IMG/VR virus record: IMGVR_UViG_3300028883_000047
Coordinates: 11,681 to 75,680 of that record
Direction: 5' to 3' (one strand)
Source: a virus
Lineage: Duplodnaviria > Heunggongvirae > Uroviricota > Caudoviricetes
DNA length: 64,000 nucleotides
In this document: positions 27,228-35,786 of the stretch, piece after piece
How positions within the stretch are numbered: position 1 is the first letter of the stretch
How the letters are laid out: every line of letters starts with the position of its first letter
Made by a program: the position numbers and the translations under genes
Notes under the pieces: generated by a model
The model's database searches: none
Told to the model about the DNA's origin: nothing
What the model saw: the letters and a program-made list of their open reading frames with translations, nothing else

Positions 27228-27553
27228 CAGTTCAGCTCGCTTTTGGGACGAATCATTTCGAGCTTGTCATCTAGCAACTGCTCGATCTCTTCTATACTAT
27301 AGAAGATGTTGCTGTCAGGGTCAACAGTGCCAGCAGCTGCTGGAAGGAAATACGTTCCGTCGTTGCGTTCACCTATTGTGATCCCACGATCGGGATATTT
27401 TTTGGATTTGAACAGATGATACTTCATATTCGAGCCGACCCTATTCCAAACGACCTCCTGCGCAAGAGGCGGGTTACTGTGCGCAATTTTCACCCGTACG
27501 GACTCGAACCGCTCGGGCCGACTAATTCTTTGGAATGTGTGCTGAAATTGCAC
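27227..27553 (-). CDS. hypothetical protein (true start probably internal)
   Basis: ORF; N-terminal 32 nt overlap with next gene. Confidence 0.35.
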   Translation of the reverse strand: MQFQHTFQRISRPERFESVRVKIAHSNPPLAQEVVWNRVGSNMKYHLFKSKKYPDRGITIGERNDGTYFLPAAAGTVDPDSNIFYSIEEIEQLLDDKLEMIRPKSELN

Positions 27554-27758
27554 CCGGAGCTGGATCTGGGGTGCATGTTATCACGATTCCGTATTCATTA
27601 CCTTCATATGCTTTTTTGGAGGCAGCGCATCGATCGCTATCCAACTGCATGGTCATTGTAGGTATTTTTTCATTATCTGGTGTGATAAAGTTCCACCAAA
27701 CTGTGTCCGCATGCGCGCTTGTTACGACCAACATTAACGCGCCGAATATCCGTTTCAC
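27522..27758 (-). CDS. small secreted protein
   Basis: MKRIFGALMLVVTSAHA signal peptide. Confidence 0.4.
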   Translation of the reverse strand: MKRIFGALMLVVTSAHADTVWWNFITPDNEKIPTMTMQLDSDRCAASKKAYEGNEYGIVITCTPDPAPGAISAHIPKN

Positions 27759-28042
27759 TGAGAATTCCTCAATTTACGAAACGCCAGACTGATTTTATGC
27801 CAGTCATCTGCTTCGATGTAGAATTCGATATTCGGGCCGAACTCATCATTGTACATTGACCCGACCTCTTCACCGTCCTCGCGATCAATTTCATCGCAGA
27901 ACTCTTTGTACCTTTCGTCCAGCACTCCGACCGTTTCCATCAGCTCTGCTAATAGACCAATGTCTTCGTCGGCTTCGATTCGCTCGCGGATTCGAGTAAG
28001 CAAGTTTTCGACCTGCTGAAGATCCCACTCAATATCTCTCAT
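27755..28042 (-). CDS. hypothetical acidic protein (95 aa)
   Basis: ORF. Confidence 0.4.
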   Translation of the reverse strand: MRDIEWDLQQVENLLTRIRERIEADEDIGLLAELMETVGVLDERYKEFCDEIDREDGEEVGSMYNDEFGPNIEFYIEADDWHKISLAFRKLRNSQ

Positions 28043-28045
28043 TGG

Positions 28046-28342
28046 TTAAACACACCCAGTTGGTTTTGGTAAGCCACCATATTTTGCAATCTTCTTCATC
28101 GGACCGGATTCAAACACTTCGTATAGTGCCTTGGCCTTGCGATCCATTCCCAGCTCTTTCGCAAATACGCGAATGGCTGGAACTGTTTGAGTTTCGTCAT
28201 ACATTTCCCGAGCCTTCGTGATGTAGCCCTTGATTTCTTCAGTTATGGTAAACCCATCTTCTTCAGCCATCTGATACATTACGTCTTCTGACCAATTGTT
28301 CATGTCGACCAAAAAGCCGTCACCATCTCTTTCAATACTCAT
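28046..28342 (-). CDS. hypothetical protein
   Basis: ORF; start set at internal Met (MSIERDG) with AAGGA SD so as not to overlap tRNA-Thr. Confidence 0.4.
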   Translation of the reverse strand: MSIERDGDGFLVDMNNWSEDVMYQMAEEDGFTITEEIKGYITKAREMYDETQTVPAIRVFAKELGMDRKAKALYEVFESGPMKKIAKYGGLPKPTGCV

Positions 28343-28363
28343 ACTTCTTATCCTTTCACATTT

Positions 28364-28439
<76 letters not shown>

Positions 28440-28448
28440 AAAATAAGT

Positions 28449-28471
28449 GCGGGGTGGAATTAGTTCCCCGC
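28449..28471 (-). terminator. GC hairpin (GCGGGG..CCCCGC) followed on minus by ACTTATTTT, immediately upstream of tRNA-Thr
   Basis: 6-bp GC stem; T-rich 3' flank on minus strand. Confidence 0.35.
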
Positions 28472-28652
28472 AGCAGTCTGGGCGGCTGGTTACATTCCAA
28501 AACCCCTATGCCCACGTCGCTTATAAAACTCTGCCACATATCTCCAGGATTGCTCACAGACGGTTATGGTTTCCCGTTAGTCCCAGGAGCGTGATCCTAT
28601 GTGGCCAGGACCATGTTCAGTTCAAATATTATATCTTTGATTGTCGTTTATT

Positions 28653-29009
28653 TCAACGAGTACCTTTCTTAGGTGCGTGTTTATCGCAACGAGTAACTAA
28701 CCATCCGCCTCGGCGAAGCTCTCCTGGTTCACCACAGATATCGCAAGTTCTAGCAGCTTCTTCTTCGGCAGCAGCAATAACGTCATGAGCTTCTTGACCA
28801 GCGCCACTCACGTAGTATCGAAGACCGCCGAACTTCTCTTTGATCTGATCGATTTTGTAGTCAGGGTAAATCCGACCGAGAGCTTCGTTCAGTCTAATGA
28901 CGATGGGTAACCATCCTTTGCCGATAGAAGCGCCACATCCCATTCCAGCTTTCAGACGTTTCTGAATATCTTCAGGGAAGTCGCTTTCGTCAACGTAATC
29001 GTTGCTCAT
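28653..29009 (-). CDS. hypothetical protein (118 aa)
   Basis: ORF. Confidence 0.45.
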   Translation of the reverse strand: MSNDYVDESDFPEDIQKRLKAGMGCGASIGKGWLPIVIRLNEALGRIYPDYKIDQIKEKFGGLRYYVSGAGQEAHDVIAAAEEEAARTCDICGEPGELRRGGWLVTRCDKHAPKKGTR

Positions 29010-29041
29010 AGTTTCACCTCATTGTAACTAGACGGGAGCGG

Positions 29042-29115
29042 GTGGGAATCGAACCTCACACTCAGCTAATTTTATTGCATGCATACAGTGCCCATCCCGA
29101 TTCAGTAGCTTAGCT
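29042..29115 (-). ncRNA. tRNA-like element / probable tRNA remnant (T-arm-like GGTTCGATTCC, no matching 5' acceptor)
   Basis: TTCGATT T-loop-like motif inside an 8-bp bulged hairpin; no CCA; no complementary 5' acceptor found within 300 nt. Confidence 0.25.
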
Positions 29116-29312
29116 GTCGCTACCTAGTGTCCTGATCTGGTTATAGGTCCAAACCGTACTTGACTAGTATTTCCAGTCAGCACCAACAAACCATCACATC
29201 GCACAAAGGACCTGTCGCCCCCATTAAAGAACTGGTGCCCATCTTGGATATCGACTGTCAGTACTAACTATCGACCCCACCCATTGTACTGGGGGCGTGG
29301 GCATTAAAAATT

Positions 29313-29418
29313 TGGTGGAGCGAGGGAGGATCGAACTCCCGACCTATGCCTTGCTAAAAACCCTCACCAAGGAAGATCCTTAGCAAGGGCATCGCTCTCC
29401 CGGCTGAGCTACCGCCCC
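29313..29418 (-). tRNA. tRNA-Ala-like gene with ~30-nt insertion in anticodon arm (106 nt; intron-like extended anticodon helix)
   Basis: Acceptor GGGGCGG/TCGCTCC with G3-U70, canonical D-arm (GCTC/GAGC), T-arm GGGAG-TTCGATC-CTCCC, CCA; anticodon stem ATGCC/GGCAT is extended by CTTGCTAA/TTAGCAAG pairing around a 22-nt loop. Confidence 0.55.
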
Positions 29419-29756
29419 ATGAAGAGTGGGTCTATGACCGTCCCCACTCTCTTTGCACTAACGACCTCACGCGTCTAATAGAGTACCTCGTTAATGCTCA
29501 TCCCATTACTTGGATTCGCGCCATGGGGGCGCGCATGTCACTCTTCAACCGTCTGACAAGTAACGTCGACCATCTTATTTGCGTCCGCAGGTCGGGTGGA
29601 CGGGTCAATTCGAAAGCTGACACCAGCCTTATCCAAGGGCTGTAGGGAAATTTGCCGTAGTGTGTTGCAGCACCTGTGCCCGCACCCGTATCGCGGTCAT
29701 GTAGGATATGTCAGCAATACGTATATGATAAAGAAAACCTCAGTGTTTGTCAACTA

Positions 29757-30386
29757 TCAGTTATGATACTCTACCGTAACATCACCGACGCGATGGCGGT
29801 CATTGTTAATATCTAATCGCAATGTTTGCCACGTACTTCCATCAAGTGCGTAGTCAGAGTGGTCTACAACACGAGAACCGAACGGAGAACCGTTCTTATT
29901 CACTGTCAGCTGGGCCGTTGACGCATCGATCGGTGAGTACAGAATCTCCCATTCGGCGTAAGCATCTCGTGTATTTCCGACAATTGCGTTAACGTAGCTA
30001 TTATCCCACGCATCATCTGTATGTCTAAGCGTAACCCAATCATCACCGTCGCGGTATCCGCGAATTTGGAATGGACCGATAATGACGTAATTCAGATAGT
30101 TAGCAAGGTAATCTGCGTTTGCTGTTCTGAGTGTGATTCTGTAGTACGTGTTTCGGTAAAACGTCCACGTATCGAGTTTTTGCGTTCGCGCCGTTCCCGT
30201 GCCATAATAATGATCAATCCACGTACCATTCCCATCTGTTGTCGTGGTTAGGTTTCCTGCTGGATTACCCGGAACAGCAGCCATGTTGCTAAGGTCATTA
30301 GCAACGGTATATAACGTGGTCCAGATGTTTGAACCGGTTCCTTGTGTGTACCCCATCACCAAATACGGCATAACAAATCTCTCCAA
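29757..30386 (-). CDS. hypothetical protein (209 aa)
   Basis: ORF. Confidence 0.45.
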   Translation of the reverse strand: MERFVMPYLVMGYTQGTGSNIWTTLYTVANDLSNMAAVPGNPAGNLTTTTDGNGTWIDHYYGTGTARTQKLDTWTFYRNTYYRITLRTANADYLANYLNYVIIGPFQIRGYRDGDDWVTLRHTDDAWDNSYVNAIVGNTRDAYAEWEILYSPIDASTAQLTVNKNGSPFGSRVVDHSDYALDGSTWQTLRLDINNDRHRVGDVTVEYHN

Positions 30387-30420
30387 TCAAATTGTTTATT
30401 GCCTATTTATGGTGGCAGTT

Positions 30421-30496
30421 TGGAGCTACCGACCGGAATCGAACCGGTGACCTCACCCTTACCAAGGGTGTGCTCTACCTGCTGAGCTACGGTAGC
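30421..30496 (-). tRNA. tRNA-Thr (anticodon GGU)
   Basis: Cloverleaf with anticodon stem CACCC/GGGTG loop TTGGTAA, T-loop TTCGATT, CCA. Confidence 0.75.
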
Positions 30497-30512
30497 ATGA
30501 AACTATTTAGTT

Positions 30513-30587
30513 TGGAGCTCCCTGCCGGAATCGAACCGACCTCTCAGCATTACGAATGCCGTGCATCACCGACAATGCTTAGGGAGC
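30513..30587 (-). tRNA. tRNA-Thr (anticodon CGU)
   Basis: Anticodon loop TTCGTAA; A8; T-loop TTCGATT; CCA. Confidence 0.65.
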
Positions 30588-30592
30588 AAATT

Positions 30593-30669
30593 TGGTAGGA
30601 CCGGAGGGAGTCGAGCCCTCGACCTCCGCAATGTCGCTGCGGCGCTCTGACCAACTGAGCTACGGTCCT
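30593..30669 (-). tRNA. tRNA with GAC (Val) anticodon; atypical loop GCGACAT (C33) and T-loop CTCGACT
   Basis: Acceptor AGGACCG/CGGTCCT, D GCTC/GAGC, anticodon stem CCGCA/TGCGG, CCA. Confidence 0.5.
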
Positions 30670-31180
30670 ATAATTCGTCTTTGTACTTTTTCATCAGATC
30701 TTTGAGGAGCTTCTTTTCATCGAGAATCTTCTTCTCTTCAGCTTTCGCCTTCTTTGCTTTTTCGTTGCGCCGACGCACCTTTGCTTGCTCACGCTTCTTG
30801 ATCCGAGTGATTACTTGCGCGTCTGTTTCAGGTATATCCGCCTCGAGGTATACTTCAAGATAGTGTGTTACGGACGAATCACAACTGTAATAGTCACTAT
30901 CTTCTCCCCTACGGATCATACGACGAGCGTCGCGAGGAAGGTCGAACTCTTCGGTTTGTTCGTCGAACCACTTGTTAACTTCTGTCAGCAACGCGTCGAT
31001 CGACAACCCCGAATCAAGACCAGAGTCGAGGTTAGCGATGTAGTCCGCACGAGTGGATGTTAGTTGCTGAGTTATCGAGTTTCGTTCCTTATCAATGTCG
31101 AAGTTTGTCTTCACCCAATCGGCAGTGATGTCATTGATCCTCGTTATTCCTTTCGTCTTGTCCGTCATCACCATCTCCAA
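30668..31180 (-). CDS. hypothetical protein with acidic core and Lys-rich C-terminal tail (170 aa)
   Basis: ORF. Confidence 0.45.
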   Translation of the reverse strand: MEMVMTDKTKGITRINDITADWVKTNFDIDKERNSITQQLTSTRADYIANLDSGLDSGLSIDALLTEVNKWFDEQTEEFDLPRDARRMIRRGEDSDYYSCDSSVTHYLEVYLEADIPETDAQVITRIKKREQAKVRRRNEKAKKAKAEEKKILDEKKLLKDLMKKYKDEL

Positions 31181-31184
31181 GATT

Positions 31185-31259
<75 letters not shown>

Positions 31260-31261
<2 letters not shown>

Positions 31262-31586
31262 AATGTAAGTATACATTACCATATACTATTGCCAAAAATA
31301 CAACATTTAACACTATCAGCATTTGGTATGTGATCCACCGAAAAAGGATAACCGAAAGAATAGCAAATGCAGTTAGTTTGTATGTTGCTAATCCGACAGT
31401 GCCACCATATTCAATCACAGGACGAATAAATGGGTTCATTTCAACTGCCGCACCGTATGTTGCAACATTGCTTACGGTCGATATAAAATCAAGAAGGTTT
31501 ACCGCAACAAAAGCGATCCAAAGAAGGACGACGGAATTTTCGTTGCTGAAGTTTCGTTCTAATGTTAGGTCTATGCTTAGGGCCAT
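31260..31586 (-). CDS. small membrane protein (start uncertain)
   Basis: Hydrophobic ORF; overlaps 31489-31887 ORF by 98 nt so one start is likely internal. Confidence 0.35.
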
Positions 31587-31887
31587 ATACCTCTTTCCTC
31601 CAACCTAATCGTGGTCCAAAGTCACATGCTGGACGAACAACGAATCGGTTACGATCAGGATCCCACCCAACATATCCATCACAGGGACTATGTTTTTTTA
31701 TAGTCAGATGAGGGCAGATTTCACTACGAACCCATCCAAACACTCTACCATAACCATCCATCACACCCCAATACCAAGTACGGTCGGGCCTATATGGTTT
31801 CCTCAGCTTTCTGCGAACATTCACTGAAAGATTGCTACTGCCAAAGCAGCTACAAGACTCCAGCCTGTGGCGACACCATAATGCCAC
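31489..31887 (-). CDS. hypothetical Cys/Arg-rich protein (132 aa)
   Basis: ORF. Confidence 0.35.
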   Translation of the reverse strand: MALWCRHRLESCSCFGSSNLSVNVRRKLRKPYRPDRTWYWGVMDGYGRVFGWVRSEICPHLTIKKHSPCDGYVGWDPDRNRFVVRPACDFGPRLGWRKEVYGPKHRPNIRTKLQQRKFRRPSLDRFCCGKPS

Positions 31888-32009
31888 CAGACCTCAAGGT
31901 CTTTTGGGCCTACGGATGCTCCACCGGCAGTATACGTTGAGTTGATCTTGCTCTTTGCTCTGACGAACAGAAGAACGGTCAGTAGTGCAACAAATATCCA
32001 TGCAAACAT
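31821..32009 (-). CDS. small membrane protein (62 aa)
   Basis: Two hydrophobic helices. Confidence 0.35.
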   Translation of the reverse strand: MFAWIFVALLTVLLFVRAKSKINSTYTAGGASVGPKDLEVWWHYGVATGWSLVAALAVAIFQ

Positions 32010-32040
32010 CTCACATATCCTCGTATGTGGTTAATGAATT

Positions 32041-32116
32041 TGGCTCCTGCGGGAGGGCTCGAACCTCCGACAAGTCGATTAACAGTCGACCACTCTACCA
32101 ACTGAGTTACACAGGA
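32041..32116 (-). tRNA. tRNA-Asn (anticodon GUU)
   Basis: Anticodon stem GTCGA/TCGAC loop CTGTTAA; T-loop TTCGAGC; CCA. Confidence 0.7.
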
Positions 32117-32198
32117 ATAAAATAGTTACCCCATAATAATATATTTTATAGGGTAAGTCAACTCGCGGGACTTACGCTCCGTTCAGCTGCCCTACGTT

Positions 32199-32272
32199 TG
32201 GTAGCTCCTACTGGAATCGAACCAGTGTCTTCGCCTTGTAAGGGCGATGCTAATCCCCTCAGCTAAGGAGCT
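32199..32272 (-). tRNA. tRNA-Val (anticodon UAC)
   Basis: Anticodon stem TCGCC/GGCGA loop CTTACAA; T-loop TTCGATT; CCA. Confidence 0.7.
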
Positions 32273-32538
32273 ATATTTTTCAGTACTTTGTCCAACCACC
32301 AATCTGGTAGATCGTTATCATCATACAGTTCGCGCTTAAAAAGCAACCCGCGCTCAATGTCTTCTTTCCACATCGCAACGGTTACGTTTAGCATTTTCTT
32401 TCCTATGTAATAACCGTTGGATGGTTTGCAGTGAACATCACCATAACTTTCAGACAAGAACAGCTCCAACATACTCTCTTCGCTGTAATCAGAGCACTCT
32501 AACCAACTACGCGAAAAGTATTTGTACACTTCGCACAT
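32263..32538 (-). CDS. hypothetical protein (91 aa)
   Basis: ORF. Confidence 0.4.
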   Translation of the reverse strand: MCEVYKYFSRSWLECSDYSEESMLELFLSESYGDVHCKPSNGYYIGKKMLNVTVAMWKEDIERGLLFKRELYDDNDLPDWWLDKVLKNIAP

Positions 32539-32600
32539 CCGTCTGAACTTTTTACTTACTCTCCTAGGTTTGCTTGGCGCTGAGTCATTTCGTTATCCTC

Positions 32601-32816
32601 TCAATCTTCGCGGATAACTCTCAGAGCCTCCACCTTAGTGAAATCGGGAATCATGTTCCCGTTATAAATCAACCTCCAAGTACCATCTGGCAACTCATCA
32701 AGGTGGATCATTCGCTTGCTCGTCTTAACAGCAGTCGCTTTAGAGAGTATGAGCTCTTCGCCTGTACCCTCAATCTTAATCGCGCGTTTCATCAACAACC
32801 TCCATTGCACGATCAA
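32601..32816 (-). CDS. hypothetical protein (71 aa)
   Basis: ORF. Confidence 0.35.
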   Translation of the reverse strand: MIVQWRLLMKRAIKIEGTGEELILSKATAVKTSKRMIHLDELPDGTWRLIYNGNMIPDFTKVEALRVIRED

Positions 32817-33054
32817 ATTGTGCTGCTTGGTGTTTTCCGAACAGTTCCTTAACGGATGTAGCTGCTCGTTCAGCTAGGCTCAAGGCTTGTAGCAACAACG
32901 CTCCTGTCCGAGCATCGCCTTCCGTTTCTCCAGTAGCCAACGCTTTCTGATACGATTGGTAGATTTCAGGATCAACATAGATGCGTTCACCTTCGTTCGT
33001 TATCAGATTGTCAAAGTAGTGCAATTGTTTTTCTTTATCGAATGCGAATGACAT
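32776..33054 (-). CDS. hypothetical protein (92 aa)
   Basis: ORF. Confidence 0.4.
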   Translation of the reverse strand: MSFAFDKEKQLHYFDNLITNEGERIYVDPEIYQSYQKALATGETEGDARTGALLLQALSLAERAATSVKELFGKHQAAQFDRAMEVVDETRD

Positions 33055-33076
33055 CTCTATCTCCTATTGTTGTAGT

Positions 33077-33151
33077 TGGAGCCCTGTGCCAGATTCGAAC
33101 TGACTTCCGCGACGTTACAAGGGTCGGCTTCACCATCAAAGTTTACAGGGC
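33077..33151 (-). ncRNA. aberrant tRNA-like gene (possible 9-nt anticodon loop CCTTGTAAC, weak D-arm)
   Basis: Canonical acceptor GCCCTGT/ACAGGGC, T-arm GTCAG-TTCGAAT-CTGGC and CCA, but D-stem mismatched and anticodon stem needs a bulge. Confidence 0.4.
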
Positions 33152-33217
33152 GAAATCAAGACGCATTTTACTTTTCAGATTAACGGTCTGGTGTATAAAA
33201 TTGCTGTTAGCGTCTTT

Positions 33218-33295
33218 TGGTGGGAGCACAGGGATTCGAACCCTGATCAGCCGGATTAAGAGTCCGGGGTACTAGCCTATTTGTACGACACTCCC
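33218..33295 (-). tRNA. tRNA-Lys (anticodon CUU)
   Basis: Anticodon stem CCGGA/TCCGG loop CTCTTAA; D GTAC/GTAC; T-loop TTCGAAT; CCA. Confidence 0.7.
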
Positions 33296-33301
33296 ATAAT
33301 T

Positions 33302-33377
<76 letters not shown>

Positions 33378-33429
33378 ATACTGTTGGTCTTTGATACCCA
33401 GGACCAATGTCTAAAGACTGGGATAGATA

Positions 33430-33627
33430 TTATCTAATTCTTCTAATCGAAGAGCGTAGCTTCATGCGGCGAATATACCGCTTGAGTTTACTACCTGATA
33501 GCTTACGCCCCATGTTTGTCTTACGGAGCTTCTGCTTCAGTCGCATTCTTCTCATCATCTTACGATATCGAGAACCACGCTTCCTCCGACCATGATGTAC
33601 TTTCTTTCTATCATGTCTCGCAGGCAT
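33430..33627 (-). CDS. extremely basic small protein (65 aa, ~50% Arg/Lys)
   Basis: AGGAGA SD 7 nt upstream of ATG; sequence MPARHDRKKVHHGRRKRGSRYRKMMRRMRLKQKLRK... Confidence 0.45.
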   Translation of the reverse strand: MPARHDRKKVHHGRRKRGSRYRKMMRRMRLKQKLRKTNMGRKLSGSKLKRYIRRMKLRSSIRRIR

Positions 33628-33819
33628 CTTATTTCTCCTAGCTGGTTAATCATTTGATTCCCATGCCAGCTAGGCTTGCTAGCTGGCGATCAGCTAGCAA
33701 CTTCATTAACGTGTTTCATCTCCTTCCCTCCTATGAGGTTAGTTGTTTGGTGAGGCGTCTACTAGGAGCAGCCGATCTTAGTCCGTCGCTGCTCCGTTCG
33801 GGAGTACTCACACGCCTCA

Positions 33820-34125
33820 TTATTCTTTGTCAGGGTATTGAGCATCAACTTCCTCAATGTATGCATAAGGACTTTGCCCTGGCTCAAACATTTTGATGTT
33901 CTTAAAGCCATTCTCTTCGGTGATTAGGCTTTCGTCCTCGTTGATTGAACCTTCATACTTTCCGGCGCCTTTTTTGTTCATCAAGGCGCCAGTTGCTGGA
34001 TCAATACTCCCCCACTTGGTGTGCGGTTTGCCGATAGGCTCAACATAGTACTGCTTGCCCGTTCGGATCGATACCACAATGTGGCGTCCAGTATGATCTG
34101 TGTCTGTGAGGAATTGTGCCCTCAA
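33820..34125 (-). CDS. hypothetical protein (101 aa)
   Basis: ORF. Confidence 0.4.
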   Translation of the reverse strand: MRAQFLTDTDHTGRHIVVSIRTGKQYYVEPIGKPHTKWGSIDPATGALMNKKGAGKYEGSINEDESLITEENGFKNIKMFEPGQSPYAYIEEVDAQYPDKE

Positions 34126-34170
34126 GTCTTTAGTTACCCCATTTTCGTTCTCCTGTTGTTGGGTTGTAAT

Positions 34171-34246
34171 TGGTAGGCCGCCTGGGACTCGAACCCAGAT
34201 CTGCCGGATTAAAAGTCCGGTGTTCTAGCCATTGAACTAACGACCC
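34171..34246 (-). tRNA. tRNA-Lys (anticodon UUU)
   Basis: Anticodon stem CCGGA/TCCGG loop CTTTTAA; T-loop TTCGAGT; CCA; acceptor has three G-U pairs. Confidence 0.6.
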
Positions 34247-34252
34247 ATTGTT

Positions 34253-34329
34253 TGGTACGCCCGGTTGGAATCGAACCAACTCCGATCTGGTTAAAAGCCA
34301 GGTGTGCAATGCCTTTACACTACGGACGC
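34253..34329 (-). tRNA. tRNA-Lys (anticodon UUU), second copy
   Basis: Anticodon stem CTGG/CCAG loop CTTTTAA; T-loop TTCGATT; CCA. Confidence 0.6.
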
Positions 34330-34335
34330 ATAATT

Positions 34336-34414
34336 TGGTGGAGAATATCGGACTCGAACCGATCTGATTTCTCGGGTGCAAGCCGAGTGTCCACCCCTGG
34401 CAGACCCATTCCCC
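34336..34414 (-). tRNA. tRNA-Ala (anticodon UGC)
   Basis: G3-U70, anticodon stem CTCGG/CCGAG loop CTTGCAC; T-loop TTCGAGT; CCA; 3-bp D-stem. Confidence 0.6.
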
Positions 34415-34422
34415 ATATTGTT

Positions 34423-34500
34423 TGGCTGTGTCGGTAGGGCTCGAACCTACACTCCCCGCTTTCAAATGACGGCCCGTCGTTCGGGAGCTCTGCCACGACT
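34423..34500 (-). ncRNA. tRNA-like element (canonical T-arm GTAGG-TTCGAGC-CCTAC plus CCA; 5' half non-canonical)
   Basis: 3' half looks like a tRNA but I could not find a complementary 5' acceptor strand; possibly degenerate or type-II tRNA misfolded by hand. Confidence 0.3.
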
Positions 34501-34762
34501 AATCAGCTTTCGTTTCATGTTCATCTGTCTTTTCGGCTTGTACGATCGAATGGAAGCATCCACGCATCATCATTTCGAACTGTGATGCGTTTTGACAGCC
34601 TATAGTATGTTACTAATAACCTTTCGCCTTTGAGTCTTACAACACAATAAATCTGTCCGGTTCCGCCAAGAACCAGAAGGCCCATAGTCTCTTTATTGGA
34701 CGTGATTTTGGATTGGCGTCCTACTAACACATCCTCAGATGGAATTGGGCAATACCACAAAC

Positions 34763-34839
34763 TGGCTCCGGTAAGAGGGATCGAACCTCTCTACACCTCG
34801 GTTAACAGCCGAGTTGGTTTCTCCATTGACCATACCGGA
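34763..34839 (-). tRNA. tRNA-Asn (anticodon GUU), second copy; irregular D-arm
   Basis: Anticodon stem CTCGG/CCGAG loop CTGTTAA; T-loop TTCGATC; CCA. Confidence 0.55.
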
Positions 34840-34845
34840 ATAAAT

Positions 34846-34923
34846 TGGTAGCTCTCGCCAGGGTCGAACTGGCCACCTCTCGATTATCGGTCGAGTGCTC
34901 TACCTACCATGAGCTAGAGAGCT
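34846..34923 (-). tRNA. tRNA with GAU (Ile) anticodon, second copy; atypical loop CCGATAA (C33)
   Basis: Acceptor AGCTCTC/GAGAGCT, D GCTC/GAGC, anticodon stem CTCGA/TCGAG, T-loop TTCGACC, CCA. Confidence 0.55.
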
Positions 34924-35050
34924 ATAATGGTGTCGTTACCCTCGACACCAAGGTTTTCTTTGTCGCTCGGATTTTGTTACATCACCGAGGCCGCCCCTTC
35001 AGTTTTTAGCGTGGACTAGCAGGCTCGTTCCGCATCCCACGTTTGTATGA

Positions 35051-35569
35051 TTACTCAACAACTACTGTGTTGAGATTGACACTGGTTAAATTTTCAAAGT
35101 AACCGTGCCATGGAACATGAACGTCATACTCTCGTCCATCTTCCAGAACTAACCGAACTGTGTAAGGTTCGAAAGTCTTTTCCAACTTCTTCAGTTCAGC
35201 TTGTTCCTTCTTCGAAACTCCATAATAGGAGCGTCGATTCAACTTCTCATAGAGGTCATTATGAGCCTCTAAACGTCGCACATTTTCCTTTGCGACTTCT
35301 AGGTCCGAATACAGACCTATGAATTCTAACTGTCCTTCGTCGTGTCCAAAGCTATCGCCAGTCGAGTAAACAGCATGAACCAAATGATAGTTACGAGAAG
35401 GGTCTAATTCAAACTCTGTAGACAGATCATAATAATCTTTGTCGCCTACCTGAGTCACCGAGCGAACACTATGCTCTGCCCATGTGTCATCTCGATCCCA
35501 CTCATCATCTGGGTCAGCGTATCGAGATACCCCGCCCCACGTATCATAATTAACTTTTACTTGTGCCAT
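35051..35569 (-). CDS. hypothetical protein (172 aa)
   Basis: ORF. Confidence 0.45.
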   Translation of the reverse strand: MAQVKVNYDTWGGVSRYADPDDEWDRDDTWAEHSVRSVTQVGDKDYYDLSTEFELDPSRNYHLVHAVYSTGDSFGHDEGQLEFIGLYSDLEVAKENVRRLEAHNDLYEKLNRRSYYGVSKKEQAELKKLEKTFEPYTVRLVLEDGREYDVHVPWHGYFENLTSVNLNTVVVE

Positions 35570-35587
35570 ATCTTTTCACTCACGCAA

Positions 35588-35622
35588 TAAAAAAGCCCCT
35601 TGCTTTCGCTTGGGGCTTTTCT
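35588..35622. terminator. bidirectional rho-independent terminator (AAGCCCC..GGGGCTT with A- and T-runs)
   Basis: Hairpin 35593-35618 flanked by AAAAAA and TTTT. Confidence 0.5.
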
Positions 35623-35786
35623 TGAAACTTTGGCTTCTGTTTGTTCTTACAAGCCAGGTCCTTCAATCGAAACCCCATCGCGCTGTGTAGCATTAATATT
35701 TGCTACTGCCTTCGCGTTTTTAATTGTGGTTACGATTGTGAACATTGTTGTGTTTCCTAGTAATTAGTGCTCATTAAGTTAGACAC

